From Candidatus Bathyarchaeota archaeon (GTDB lineage: Archaea > Thermoproteota > Bathyarchaeia > Bathyarchaeales > Bathycorpusculaceae), in assembly GCA_963828195.1 (NCBI GenBank), contig CAWHDT010000001.1:1-64000 (forward strand): a DNA stretch of 64,000 nucleotides, given 5' to 3'. The notes beneath the pieces were generated by a model that was not told the DNA's origin, ran no database searches, and saw only the letters and a program-made list of their open reading frames with translations. Made by a program: the position numbers and the translations under genes. Numbering within the stretch: position 1 is the first letter of the stretch; every line of letters begins with the position of its first letter. Positions 9,264 to 18,881 of this stretch are shown here, piece by piece.

Positions 9264-9692
9264 TTAAAGTTGAACAAGTAAGTCGTTACCATCTACTTTT
9301 ACTTTGTAAACTGGCAGATCGTAAGTTTTGATTAAACTCTGATTCTCGCCTGTATGCTTAAGCATTTGCATTAGGCCTTTTTGGGCTTCTACGGGAACCT
9401 TGGCTAATATGTTAGCAGCGTCGCTGCCCTCCAAGATAGGTCCAGAGATTAATTTTCCTGTGGTTACGTCAAATCTTGAATAATGAAAAGGGCAAATAAC
9501 AGTTGTGTTAGTTAGCGTACCCGTGGAGAGTCTAGCATTCTCGTGACCGCATCTATCGCTGACTGCATAGAAATTGCCTTCAACGTTAGCTATCATTATT
9601 TCTTTTTCATTAATTTCTATGTGTTTCATTTTACCGACCGGAATCTCAGATTTGATGGCAACTTTTACATAATTTGTTTCCAATAAGTCCAC
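9264..9692 (-). CDS. Rieske [2Fe-2S] ferredoxin
   Basis: CGH...CPFH..RFD..TG Rieske motif. Confidence 0.85.
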   Translation of the reverse strand: MDLLETNYVKVAIKSEIPVGKMKHIEINEKEIMIANVEGNFYAVSDRCGHENARLSTGTLTNTTVICPFHYSRFDVTTGKLISGPILEGSDAANILAKVPVEAQKGLMQMLKHTGENQSLIKTYDLPVYKVKVDGNDLLVQL

Positions 9693-9713
9693 TGTCCCTG
9701 CTTCGCCTATAAT

Positions 9714-10118
9714 CTATGGTTGGAGATTGAGCATTTTCATTAAGGGCCCAGTATCTTGGAATATGTATTCTTCAACGATGCGGCCATCTTTCCAATGCGC
9801 TATAGTGCACATTGAACCTTTGATTGCCTTGCCGTTTGGTAAAGTAGTGACGGTTTCGCCTGTGACTGCTGTCCATTCACCTTGCCCAATTTTAATGGGG
9901 TGCTCCGTAATTTGTAAGTTTACCATTTTCAGGAACGGCTTTACTGCGTCGTTGTGGGCTTCAATTCCTTGAGTTGTGGTTCCGTCTGCCATCACAACAA
10001 GCACATCTGGGGCATGAATTTCATTGAATAGTTTCCAATCCTTTTTAGTCCATGCTTCAAAATCCAATTCATCAAACTTCTTCAGGTTCTTTTCAACAAT
10101 AGTTTTGTCGTTAATCAA
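9714..10118 (-). CDS. SnoaL-like / ester cyclase (NTF2 fold) protein
   Basis: FDELDF, HAPDV.V, HPIKIGQGEWTAV, HWKDGRIVEE; probable TTG start after GGAGG. Confidence 0.75.
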   Translation of the reverse strand: MINDKTIVEKNLKKFDELDFEAWTKKDWKLFNEIHAPDVLVVMADGTTTQGIEAHNDAVKPFLKMVNLQITEHPIKIGQGEWTAVTGETVTTLPNGKAIKGSMCTIAHWKDGRIVEEYIFQDTGPLMKMLNLQP

Positions 10119-10352
10119 AAATTTAACCTCCGAAACATTATTCATTAAAGTTAATTTACAAAATAACGCTTTTAAATTTAAGCTAACCATGTGTAAAGTA
10201 AGTATCTCTTGGTGAAGAATAGATGCCCAATATTAGCATATTCTCTATTCCAACATAGTTGTAGCACAAAACCAAAATAGGCAAACCTCTTTTTTCACAG
10301 ATTTTAGCGGCGCACTCGGTAAAAGGCTCTCAAACTAAGTCCGATGGGTGCC

Positions 10353-10739
10353 TTATTTGGAATTTATGAATATTTGGAACCGCTCTCTTTCAGGTTTTCC
10401 TTTATTCTGAACTTCACCATTTCCTTAATCAAATCTAATGGCATTGGCTTGTCCAATGGAAATTTAACGGTGCCCTGGACTTTGCTTACTTCTTTGACAG
10501 TTTATCTTTGAAATTCTTCTATGGCCGACTCCCGCGGATGGAAACCTACGTGATTTTTGAATGCTCCAAACCAGACCAAGTTACCGTTCAGTTTGAACGC
10601 TGGCATGTTATAGCTGATTGCTTCTTGTGCTTTGGGTGCGGCGTCCTTGATTGCTTGCCTTATTTGTTCTAAAACAGTTTGAACGTTCTTTGGAAAAGAA
10701 ATTTATGTATTCATCAATCGACTCAAAATTCTTTTTCAT
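10353..10739 (-). pseudogene. DUF1801 (YdhG-like) pseudogene with at least two frameshifts
   Basis: Joining frames gives MKKNFESIDEYI../PKNVQTVLEQIRQAIKDAAPKAQEAISYNMPAFKLNGNLVWFGAFKNHVGFHP../GTVKFPLDKPMPLDLIKEMVKFR. Confidence 0.8.
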
Positions 10740-10903
10740 GAACCAAAAACACCAAAAGAATGTCTGTAGAGCTTCTTCTAATAACCTTTCGCACCGCACC
10801 TTTAAGCGCGCGCTCAGATAGGCTTAGAACAATAAGCAAATCTTCTTTTTTCCTTTGGAGAAAGCCTGACGCGGACTCACTGGGACTCGCTTAATGATTT
10901 AAG

Positions 10904-10979
10904 CGGGCCCGCTGGGATTTGAACCCAGGATTCTCGGCTCCGGAGGCCGATGCCTTAATCCGTGCTAGACTACGAGCCC
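10904..10979 (-). tRNA. tRNA-Arg (CCG)
   Basis: Acceptor GGGCTCG/CGGGCCC, anticodon arm TCGGC-CTCCGGA-GCCGA, T-arm CTGGGTTCAAATCCCAG; CCA not encoded. Confidence 0.95.
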
Positions 10980-11022
10980 GCAGTTACAAACCAACATGTC
11001 CAGTTAATTTAAAGCTAACTTG

Positions 11023-11523
11023 TTATTCTTGGATTAACTCTTCGTCTATCCACCAAGCTTTCTTCTTCCCAGATCTTTCGCCCGCGTAATATTCTATTAC
11101 TGATTTTCCAACCTGTTTTTTGGAGGTTTTCTGGATTTTCCTGAGCCTGTTTAGTATGAGCCACCTGTTGGTTTGGACGTATGCAGCCAACTCAGGCGTA
11201 GTTGCGCTCTTGTAATGGAGCAGGTACTCTATTATTTTGTGGTCCACCTCATCAATACAGAAAGAGTGCGGGTTAATCTTTCCATGCTGAAACGTCAGCA
11301 GCTCCAAATCGGCAAGGTACTTTCTAATTTGCCCGAATTCCCCCTCTATTTTGCCCATTCTCGCTTCTAAGGCTAAAAGTTTGTCTGCTTTAGGAGTTTT
11401 CTGAAGTTTCTCACTTATGGCTTCCCTGATAAAGTTGCTTCTATCGCCCTCAGGAATACGCAGCGCCATTTCAAGGTAGACGTCTTCAGGTAACTTGACG
11501 GAAACTATTCTGACTTCGCTCAA
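11023..11523 (-). CDS. Ribbon-helix-helix + coiled coil + winged-helix DNA-binding protein
   Basis: IVSVKLPEDVY...RSNFIREAI (RHH); C-terminal IIEYL...TTPELA (wHTH). Confidence 0.7.
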   Translation of the reverse strand: MSEVRIVSVKLPEDVYLEMALRIPEGDRSNFIREAISEKLQKTPKADKLLALEARMGKIEGEFGQIRKYLADLELLTFQHGKINPHSFCIDEVDHKIIEYLLHYKSATTPELAAYVQTNRWLILNRLRKIQKTSKKQVGKSVIEYYAGERSGKKKAWWIDEELIQE

Positions 11524-11646
11524 CCAAGACCTTCCTCTGCCACGTAGTATTCTCCTTTGTGTATTTCATTTTTTCCATAACTTAACCTAGAAATTATGAA
11601 AAACGAATAAACATAACTTTTCGGAAGAGAGCAAAACAACTAAAAA

Positions 11647-12222
11647 CTAAATTTCATCGGGATAAACGTGTTGGTCCGCCAATTTAGCTAACGCAATATA
11701 GCGCTGCTTAACTATTTCATGCAATTGCACACGCAAGTCCTCACCAACCACATTTCCCTGTTTTAATAATGCCGCTTTTTTTGCTAATTCCACATCTCCG
11801 AGTCCAGTGAACCAGACTTCAAAGTCTCCCCGTTTTGTGTGGAACTCTATTGATGCAACGTCGGCTTTTTCTACTTTATTGACGAAATCGCGGAGGTTGT
11901 GAGCGTGCAAATTTAATGGTTTTCCAACGTCAGCGTAGAATTCGAATGATTTATCATGCGGCGCATAAGCCAATATGGCGGTGGCTTTTTCTTTGTTGAT
12001 TTCTGGCAGCCCGAGGGCTTCTTTTCCTTTTTCAGTAATTACGTATAATCCTTTTTCAGGCGAGCTTACGTAGCCCATGCGAGCTAGGCCTAAGAGATGC
12101 ATCATGACGGGAGGAAACTCTTTTTTGGTTTCCTTCGCGATTTCCATGGCTCTTAAGGGTTTTTCATGTAGCAACATGGCTTCAAGTATTCCTTGTTTAA
12201 CTGGTGATAAACTCATTCGCAA
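11647..12222 (-). CDS. Winged-HTH fused to a DUF5752-like domain
   Basis: N-terminal wHTH (L..LARMGYV....GLYVITEKG); C-terminal FEFY...A.NL.DF...SIEFH..RGDFEVW..LGD.ELA. Confidence 0.7.
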   Translation of the reverse strand: MRMSLSPVKQGILEAMLLHEKPLRAMEIAKETKKEFPPVMMHLLGLARMGYVSSPEKGLYVITEKGKEALGLPEINKEKATAILAYAPHDKSFEFYADVGKPLNLHAHNLRDFVNKVEKADVASIEFHTKRGDFEVWFTGLGDVELAKKAALLKQGNVVGEDLRVQLHEIVKQRYIALAKLADQHVYPDEI

Positions 12223-12372
12223 GCACCGTGCCTTCTAGTGCTATGCCGAACCAGCTAATCAAACTTTTCCTTAATTTTTGAGCGACAATTCAGTTTCAAG
12301 TTTGATTGGGCTGATAAGCAAAGCTTTAGTATGGTGAGAACAATTCTTAGGATAAATTGGAGACAGCTCAGA

Positions 12373-13623
12373 ATGAAACTTGCGGTTTTCGTCTACGAGT
12401 ACCCGCCTAAAATAGTTGGTGGATTAGGAACCTACGCAGCTGAGATAACGCGAAAGTTTGTTTTGGACGATCATGACGTAACGGTTTTTACCATGAATGA
12501 TGATGCGGGTTCCTTGCCGACCAGAGAAATTTGGCGTGGAATAGAGATTCATCGTCCACTGCACATTGACATTTCGGACTCTTTGCCGGATGTATTAGGG
12601 GAAGACATTAAAAAATGGGGCAGAGGACTGCATTTTTTCGGCAAACTGATGGTTTATAATTATTTGTCAGCAGCGAAACTCATCAACGAGTTGATTAAAA
12701 AAGAAGCTATGAAATATGACATTGTCGTCGCGCACGATTGGCTTTCTGCAATGGGTGGAATTACTGTTAAAAGAGAAACGGGTTTGCCGTTGGCTTTTCA
12801 TGTTCACTCCACTGAGAAAGGTCGAACTTTAGGAAACGGGTCAAGTGTGGTCAGCAACATTGAGTTGCGCGCGGGTAAAATGGCTGATTTGGTTGTGACT
12901 GTTTCTTACGCAATGAAAGATGAGCTAATACAACTTGGTTTTCCAAGAGAAAAGATTCAGGTTAGCTACAACGGTGTTGACCCACAAAAATACAATCCTG
13001 AAAACGTTTCTTCTGAAAACATTAAGCGGATCCGAAGCAAATACGGCATAAAAGACAGCGAATTGATGATTCTTTTCCTCGGGAGGCTCGTGGCCGTCAA
13101 AGGCGTTGATAAACTCATAATGGCAATGCCTCATATTCTAACAAAGATACCTAACGCGAGACTAGTAATTGTAGGCGTAGGCGACCTTCAAGAATACTTA
13201 ACAAACCTTACAAGAACAATTAGGCTTGACGAATACGTCAAATTCTGCTTTGACTTCATCCCGGAAGAAGAACGAATACTTCATTACGCCGCATGTGACT
13301 TAGCGGTTTTTCCCAGCCACTACGAACCTTTCGGTATCGTAGCTCTTGAAGCCATGAGCATGGAGAAGGCAGTTGTCGTCGGCGCCGCGGGCGTTAGCGG
13401 AATGCGTGAAATAGTAATTTGCTGCGGCGAAGAACAATGCGGCTTCCACGTAGATCCAAACAACCCCTCTGACATCGCGTGGGGAGTAACAAGCGCTTTA
13501 GAAAGCCCTGAAAGACGCAAAATTCTGGGCAAAAACGGCAGAAAACGCGTTCTAGCCGAGTTCACTTGGAGCAGAATCGCCGAAAAAACCATTGATCTTT
13601 ACGAAACAACAATGAAGCGTTGA
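12373..13623 (+). CDS. GT4 glycosyltransferase (glycogen synthase-like)
   Basis: YEYPPKIVGGLG, AHDW, HSTE, GRLVAVKG, EPFGIVALEAM. Confidence 0.88.
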   Translation: MKLAVFVYEYPPKIVGGLGTYAAEITRKFVLDDHDVTVFTMNDDAGSLPTREIWRGIEIHRPLHIDISDSLPDVLGEDIKKWGRGLHFFGKLMVYNYLSAAKLINELIKKEAMKYDIVVAHDWLSAMGGITVKRETGLPLAFHVHSTEKGRTLGNGSSVVSNIELRAGKMADLVVTVSYAMKDELIQLGFPREKIQVSYNGVDPQKYNPENVSSENIKRIRSKYGIKDSELMILFLGRLVAVKGVDKLIMAMPHILTKIPNARLVIVGVGDLQEYLTNLTRTIRLDEYVKFCFDFIPEEERILHYAACDLAVFPSHYEPFGIVALEAMSMEKAVVVGAAGVSGMREIVICCGEEQCGFHVDPNNPSDIAWGVTSALESPERRKILGKNGRKRVLAEFTWSRIAEKTIDLYETTMKR

Positions 13624-13642
13624 TAAGGCGCTTGGTGAATGG

Positions 13643-14257
13643 TTAACGGTTGACTTTGACTTAAAACGCAAAGTCGCGCGTGAAGCTGCCACTTTACTTT
13701 ATTTTGGCGCTGAAAAAGAGTATAAACAAGCTAAAGAAAAAGCGGCAAGGAATTTGGGCACTCACTTTTTGCCGTCTAACCTTGACGTTGCTCTTGAACT
13801 GGACAAGATAGCTGAAGAAAACGAAGGTGCAAAGAGAAAAGAGCGGCTGGTGCAAATGCGAACAGAAGCTCTAAAAATAATGCGGCTTCTCGAAGATTAT
13901 TGTCCCGTTTTAATTGGGAGCGTTTGGCGGGGAACAATAAGGCAGGGAAGCGACATCGACATCGCCGTTTACTCAGACCAACCAGAAGAAATCTGTCAAC
14001 TCCTCAAATCTGAAAAGATTAAAATTTCAAAAACCGCGTGGACAACCGTGAACAAGCATGGAGTAACTTTGGAGTCATTTCACATATACGCTCAGACAAC
14101 GACTAACTATGGACTCGAAATTGTTGTGCGAAGCTCCGAGGAAGCGGGAAAAAAGAGAAAATGCGAAATCTTCGGCGACGAAATGAAAGGTCTAAAGGTT
14201 CAAGAACTCGAAAAAGTTTTAGAAACTGGCCCCACCCAACAATTTCTCCCAGCCTAG
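13643..14257 (+). CDS. Nucleotidyltransferase domain protein (start codon uncertain)
   Basis: LIGSVWRG...SDIDIAV motif; the frame extends upstream of the TTG at 13754 through RKVAREAATLLYFGAEKEYKQAK. Confidence 0.75.
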   Translation, partial: LTVDFDLKRKVAREAATLLYFGAEKEYKQAKEKAARNLGTHFLPSNLDVALELDKIAEENEGAKRKERLVQMRTEALKIMRLLEDYCPVLIGSVWRGTIRQGSDIDIAVYSDQPEEICQLLKSEKIKISKTAWTTVNKHGVTLESFHIYAQTTTNYGLEIVVRSSEEAGKKRKCEIFGDEMKGLKVQELEKVLETGPTQQFLPA

Positions 14258-14336
14258 TTCCTGCAAAAACTTGTTTTCCATCAAAAAAGAAAATAAAGAA
14301 CATATTTAATATTTATTTTTAGTTAACTGATGAAAA

Positions 14337-14732
14337 ATGGCAGCAGATAAAAAATCGCTCAAGAAAGTGTTTCCGCACCTCTACGAGGAACTTGAAACGG
14401 GAGACGCCAAAGTTCCAATCGACGCGGTGCGGAAAAATCCGCAAGAAGCCGAAGAAGTTGTCGAGTGTGAAGAATGCGGAGAAGAGGAGTTATCCGCCTG
14501 CACTGAGACCCCTGATAAGCTGCGCCATTTTAATCCTTGCGCCGTGGATTTTATCCGTCGATGTGACACAGAGGCGCAAGCGGAAGAAATAATTGCTTAC
14601 TTACAAAAGAAAGGAGAAATAACAAAGGAGTACGCCGAGGAACTGCGTTGTCAGCTTAAACGTGAAGGCGTGAGAAGTTTTGGGCCGAAGAAAGAAGAGA
14701 ACTATTATTTTAGAGAAGGCGGAATATTCTAA
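14337..14732 (+). CDS. DUF2095-like protein
   Basis: FPHLYEEL, P.AVDFIRRCDT...A.EII.YL...GEI, GVRSFGPKKE..YY. Confidence 0.75.
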   Translation: MAADKKSLKKVFPHLYEELETGDAKVPIDAVRKNPQEAEEVVECEECGEEELSACTETPDKLRHFNPCAVDFIRRCDTEAQAEEIIAYLQKKGEITKEYAEELRCQLKREGVRSFGPKKEENYYFREGGIF

Positions 14733-14902
14733 AAATCTTTTTTGAATTAATCACAAAAAAATTGTAATGCAATTTTTTTCTTGCAGTTTCTAAATTATTC
14801 TAAGCATTTAGCTTGCGGTTGCTTGTCAGCTTGCCTTTATTTGTGTCGGAAAACTAATAAGGGTTGAGGGTATTGTACAGACTTTGTAAATACGGTGATA
14901 TT

Positions 14903-15922
14903 ATGGCAATAAAAGTAGGAATTAACGGATTCGGAAGAATCGGAAGACTTCTTTACCGCGCAGCACTCGAACGCAACGCCAACATCGATTTTGTTGCAGT
15001 CAACGACCTTGCGGATGCCAAAACAAACGCTCACCTTCTCAAATACGACTCGGTCCACGGACGCTTCCCAGGCACAGTCGAAGTCAAAGGCAACGACATG
15101 ATAGTCAACGGAAAAACCCTCAAATGTGTCAGCGTAAAAGACCCAGTACAACTGCCATGGAAAGACCTTGGGGTTTATCTAGCAGTAGAATCTACGGGCT
15201 TATTCACCAACCGTGAAGGTGCCAGCAAACACTTCCAAGCAGGGGCAAAAAAAGTTCTGATCAGTGCGCCAGCTGAAGATCCAGATGCAACTTTTGTTTT
15301 AGGCGTAAACGAAAAGACGTATGACCCCGTAAAACACAATATCTTAAGCAATGCTTCATGCACAACAAACTGTCTAGCTCCAGTTAGCAAGGTATTAGCC
15401 GATAACTTTGGCTTAGAAAAAGGCTTCATGACGACATGCCACAGCTACACCAACGACCAAAAAGTCCAAGACCTTGTCCACAAAGACCCGCGCAGAGCAA
15501 GAGCAGCAGCAATAAACATTATCCCGACAAGTACTGGTGCAGCAAAAGCAATCGGTTTAGTTTTGCCAAGTTGCGCCGGAAAAATGAATGGCTACTCATT
15601 GCGTGTCCCCACACCGGACGTATCTATTGTTGACTTAAGCGCGATTTTAAGCAAAGAAGTCACAAAAGACGAAATTAACGCAGCGATGAAGAAAGCAGCA
15701 GAAGACCCACTTAAAGGCATCTTGAGTTACACTGAAGACCCAATCGTTTCAACCGACGTACTGCACACCACTTACTCAGCAGTCTTCGACTCGCAATTAA
15801 CCATGGTTCTAGGCGACAAAAGCAACTTCGTTAAAGTCTTCGCATGGTACGATAACGAATGGGGCTTTAGCAACCGCATGGTTGAATTCATCGAAATGAT
15901 CGGCAAGAAAGCAGGCGTTTAA
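14903..15922 (+). CDS. gap: Class I (bacterial-type) glyceraldehyde-3-phosphate dehydrogenase
   Basis: [46 protein letters not shown]. Confidence 0.95.
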   Translation: MAIKVGINGFGRIGRLLYRAALERNANIDFVAVNDLADAKTNAHLLKYDSVHGRFPGTVEVKGNDMIVNGKTLKCVSVKDPVQLPWKDLGVYLAVESTGLFTNREGASKHFQAGAKKVLISAPAEDPDATFVLGVNEKTYDPVKHNILSNASCTTNCLAPVSKVLADNFGLEKGFMTTCHSYTNDQKVQDLVHKDPRRARAAAINIIPTSTGAAKAIGLVLPSCAGKMNGYSLRVPTPDVSIVDLSAILSKEVTKDEINAAMKKAAEDPLKGILSYTEDPIVSTDVLHTTYSAVFDSQLTMVLGDKSNFVKVFAWYDNEWGFSNRMVEFIEMIGKKAGV

Positions 15923-15982
15923 GCAAGCTTAAATGCTCCCTATCTTTTTCTTTTGTAAGCTAAATCAGATGAAGTGAGTAAC

Positions 15983-17215
15983 ATGGCGAAATACAAAACT
16001 TTAGATGATTTTGATGTAAAGAACAAAGTTGTTCTTGTCAGAGTGGATTTTAATTCAGAAATTGATCCGCAGACAAAGAAAGTTACAAGCGACGTGCGCA
16101 TAAGAGCACATGCTGAATCAACAATCAAGGAGTTGGCAGAGAAAGGCGCTAAAACTGTTGTTCTGGCGCATCAGGGTCGCAAGGGAGACCCAGACTACAC
16201 AACACTCAAAGGGCACACAGAAATCTTAGGCAACATTCTCAAATGCCCAGTAAAATACGTTGACGACCTCTTCGGAGAAAAAGCAAAAGCCGCCATCAAG
16301 AACCTTCAAGGCGGAGAAATCCTCGTTTTAGAAAACGTGCGCAGCTGGGACAAAGAAACAAAAAGCATGACGCCTGAAGAGGCAAGTAAAACCGAATTGG
16401 TGCAGAACCTTGCGCCACTTGCAGATTTGTTCGTTAACGACGCTTTCGCCGCAGCACACCGCGGCCACGTGTCGATGGTGGGCTTCACCGCCGTTTTGCC
16501 TTCAGCAGCTGGCAGAATAATGGAGCGCGAACTTAAGTCGCTAAGCAGAGCTCTGGAGAAACCCGAGCACCCCTGCGTCTACGTTATGGGCGGAGCTAAA
16601 GCAGACGACGCGCTTGAAATCTCCAAGTACGTCTTAGACAACGGCATCGCAGATTACGTTCTTGTCGGCGGAGTCACTTCGCAATTGTTCCTCGCCGCCA
16701 AAGGCGTTGACTTAGGCAAAAAAACCATGGATTTCCTCGCCAAAAAGGAACTGATGCAGTTTATCCCCGGCATAAAAGCGCTTCTCGCCAAGTACCCTGA
16801 CAAAGTAATTTTGCCCCCAGATGTCGCGTTAGATGTAAACGACAAACGAAAAGAAATCCCAGTAAGTAAACTGCCAACTGAATGCAGCATCTTTGACATT
16901 GGAAAGGAAACCGTTGACACATTCGCTGGAATCATCGGCAAAGCCAAATCCATCGTTGTCAGCGGACCAATGGGCGTCTACGAAAACAAAGAGTTTAACT
17001 ATGGCACCAAAAAAGTCTTAGAAGCCATAGCAAACGGCAAAGCCTTCAGCCTCGCAGGCGGCGGAAACACCATCGCAGCCATAAACGAATACGGGCTAAA
17101 CAAAAAAATCGGCTACATAAGCACCGCAGGCGGAGCACTAATCGAGTTTCTCATGGGCAAAAAACTCCCAGGCGTAGTCGCATTAGAAACAGCCGCAAAA
17201 ACCAAAAAAATCTAA
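15983..17215 (+). CDS. pgk: Phosphoglycerate kinase
   Basis: VRVDFN, LENVR, FVNDAFAAAHR, GGAK, GPMGVYE, ISTAGGA. Confidence 0.95.
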   Translation: MAKYKTLDDFDVKNKVVLVRVDFNSEIDPQTKKVTSDVRIRAHAESTIKELAEKGAKTVVLAHQGRKGDPDYTTLKGHTEILGNILKCPVKYVDDLFGEKAKAAIKNLQGGEILVLENVRSWDKETKSMTPEEASKTELVQNLAPLADLFVNDAFAAAHRGHVSMVGFTAVLPSAAGRIMERELKSLSRALEKPEHPCVYVMGGAKADDALEISKYVLDNGIADYVLVGGVTSQLFLAAKGVDLGKKTMDFLAKKELMQFIPGIKALLAKYPDKVILPPDVALDVNDKRKEIPVSKLPTECSIFDIGKETVDTFAGIIGKAKSIVVSGPMGVYENKEFNYGTKKVLEAIANGKAFSLAGGGNTIAAINEYGLNKKIGYISTAGGALIEFLMGKKLPGVVALETAAKTKKI

Positions 17216-17389
17216 TGCCCCCATATTCTTTTTTGTTTTTTGTACAGCCTACTACCGGGTCTACTAGATGTACCTAATATATCCCTAATATGATTCAACA
17301 TAGCTGTGCAACGAACTGACGCGCTCACTTTTGCATGCAGAATTGACGCTTTTAAACATAGAAAACGCTGTTTTGATTGCTGAAACGAA

Positions 17390-18127
17390 TTAAAAACCAA
17401 CTATTTCAAAGAACCTTTCAGGTATTAAAATTAGGTCTTTTGCTATTAAATCTGGTTTTTGTTTGCTTTGGGTTAGGTCTTTTATTGTGTTGAATTGTGA
17501 GGGTACAAATACTGTTTTTAGTCCTGCTTCTTTGGCTCCTTTGATGTCTTCAATTGGGCTGTCGCCTATGTAGACGGCTTCGCAAGCTTGGACGTGGAGT
17601 TTGTTTAGGGCGTCTTGGAATATGCGGCTGCTTGGTTTGCGCCAGCCGACCTCCTCTGAAATCACAACTGCATTGAAGAACGCGCTTATTCCCAGTTTTC
17701 TTAGGCTGCAATGGATGACGGGCGCATAGGTGAAGTTTGAGATTAAGCCAACTTTGCCCTTTGACTGAACCTGTTTAAGTAGCTTCTTTGCGCCATCCCG
17801 CAGCGTAAGCGAATCTAGGAAGTCTTGGAAAAAAACGTTCAAAGCGGCTTTCATTCGGGATTCTTCAGGGGTCACCTGAAACCCGAGGCTGCATAGCGCT
17901 TCGGCGACCCAAACGGCGTTTGTCACTTCTTTGAACTGTTCATAACGGACTTTACGGTATTTCTCATGTGCAACAATGTAAGCAGAAACAAACCTGTCTT
18001 CAGGCATCTCGAAGCCTTCGTTGACAAGTGCCCGATAAAGTTTGAGTCTTGATGCTTCCATGGTGTAGCTTTTGCAGTTGACAAGGGTGCCGACGTAATC
18101 AAATATTACCGCTTTGGTGCAAGTCAC
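17390..18127 (-). CDS. HAD-superfamily hydrolase
   Basis: FDYVGTL, ISN, RKP, IGDSPIEDIKGA. Confidence 0.85.
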   Translation of the reverse strand: MTCTKAVIFDYVGTLVNCKSYTMEASRLKLYRALVNEGFEMPEDRFVSAYIVAHEKYRKVRYEQFKEVTNAVWVAEALCSLGFQVTPEESRMKAALNVFFQDFLDSLTLRDGAKKLLKQVQSKGKVGLISNFTYAPVIHCSLRKLGISAFFNAVVISEEVGWRKPSSRIFQDALNKLHVQACEAVYIGDSPIEDIKGAKEAGLKTVFVPSQFNTIKDLTQSKQKPDLIAKDLILIPERFFEIVGF

Positions 18128-18881
18128 CTTTGTACCCCACTTTTGATGTTAAAATGAATTTTTCCGCGACTTCAAAAACCCCTCTTCCGAGCCCCGTGCT
18201 CATCAGCTTTGCTCCATCACCAATGGCATCTTCAACCTGCTGGTCAAAGACGATTGCCCCAAGATACTTAAGCCCAAGTTTCTGCGTTTCCATTTGAACG
18301 CAGTTTGCCTTACCCATTTTCATATTTTCCACCACGCCGATAATGGGCATTTTTAACTCGCATAGAAGATTAGCCTGCTTTTTTACGGTTTCAAAGGCCA
18401 GCATTGAAGGCGTGGTTATGATTAGGAACTCGATACGTTTGACGAGTCGGACCAAATCGAGTACGGCGTCGCCTATCCCCGGCGGCATATCAATTACCAA
18501 ATAGTCAAGGGTGCCCCACTGGGTGACTGAGAGGACTTCGATTAGGGCGTTTGAGATGTCGGTTCCGCGTAGGGGTGCAGCTTTGTCGCCGACGAAGTAG
18601 ATGAGGGACATGTATTCTAAGCCGTGGACTTTTGGGGGAACTATGCCTTTTTCCTCTTCAAGTTCGGCTTTTTGGGCGCCGAGGATTATGTGGGTTGAGG
18701 GTCCTGTGAAGTCTAAGTCAAATAACCCGACTTTGCAGTCGTTGTGCGCCAAAGTCAACGCGAGGGTTGTTGCAACCATGCTTTTGCCGACGCCGCCTTT
18801 GCCGCTTGAAACGGCTATAATTCGGCTTATTCGGCTTAAACGCTCGTTAATTATGCTTGTCCGCGGGTCAACCACTAGCAC
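18099..18881 (-). CDS. Mrp/MinD-family ATPase, probably ATPase-type HypB
   Basis: SGKGGVGKS, DLDFTGPS, IDMPPG, ENM; no CxxC after ENM; overlaps hypA. Confidence 0.75.
   Translation of the reverse strand: MLVVDPRTSIINERLSRISRIIAVSSGKGGVGKSMVATTLALTLAHNDCKVGLFDLDFTGPSTHIILGAQKAELEEEKGIVPPKVHGLEYMSLIYFVGDKAAPLRGTDISNALIEVLSVTQWGTLDYLVIDMPPGIGDAVLDLVRLVKRIEFLIITTPSMLAFETVKKQANLLCELKMPIIGVVENMKMGKANCVQMETQKLGLKYLGAIVFDQQVEDAIGDGAKLMSTGLGRGVFEVAEKFILTSKVGYKGDLHQSGNI

Noticed and set aside
13643-14732. MNT-HEPN toxin-antitoxin pair
   Set aside because: The downstream protein is DUF2095-like and has no HEPN Rx4-6H motif
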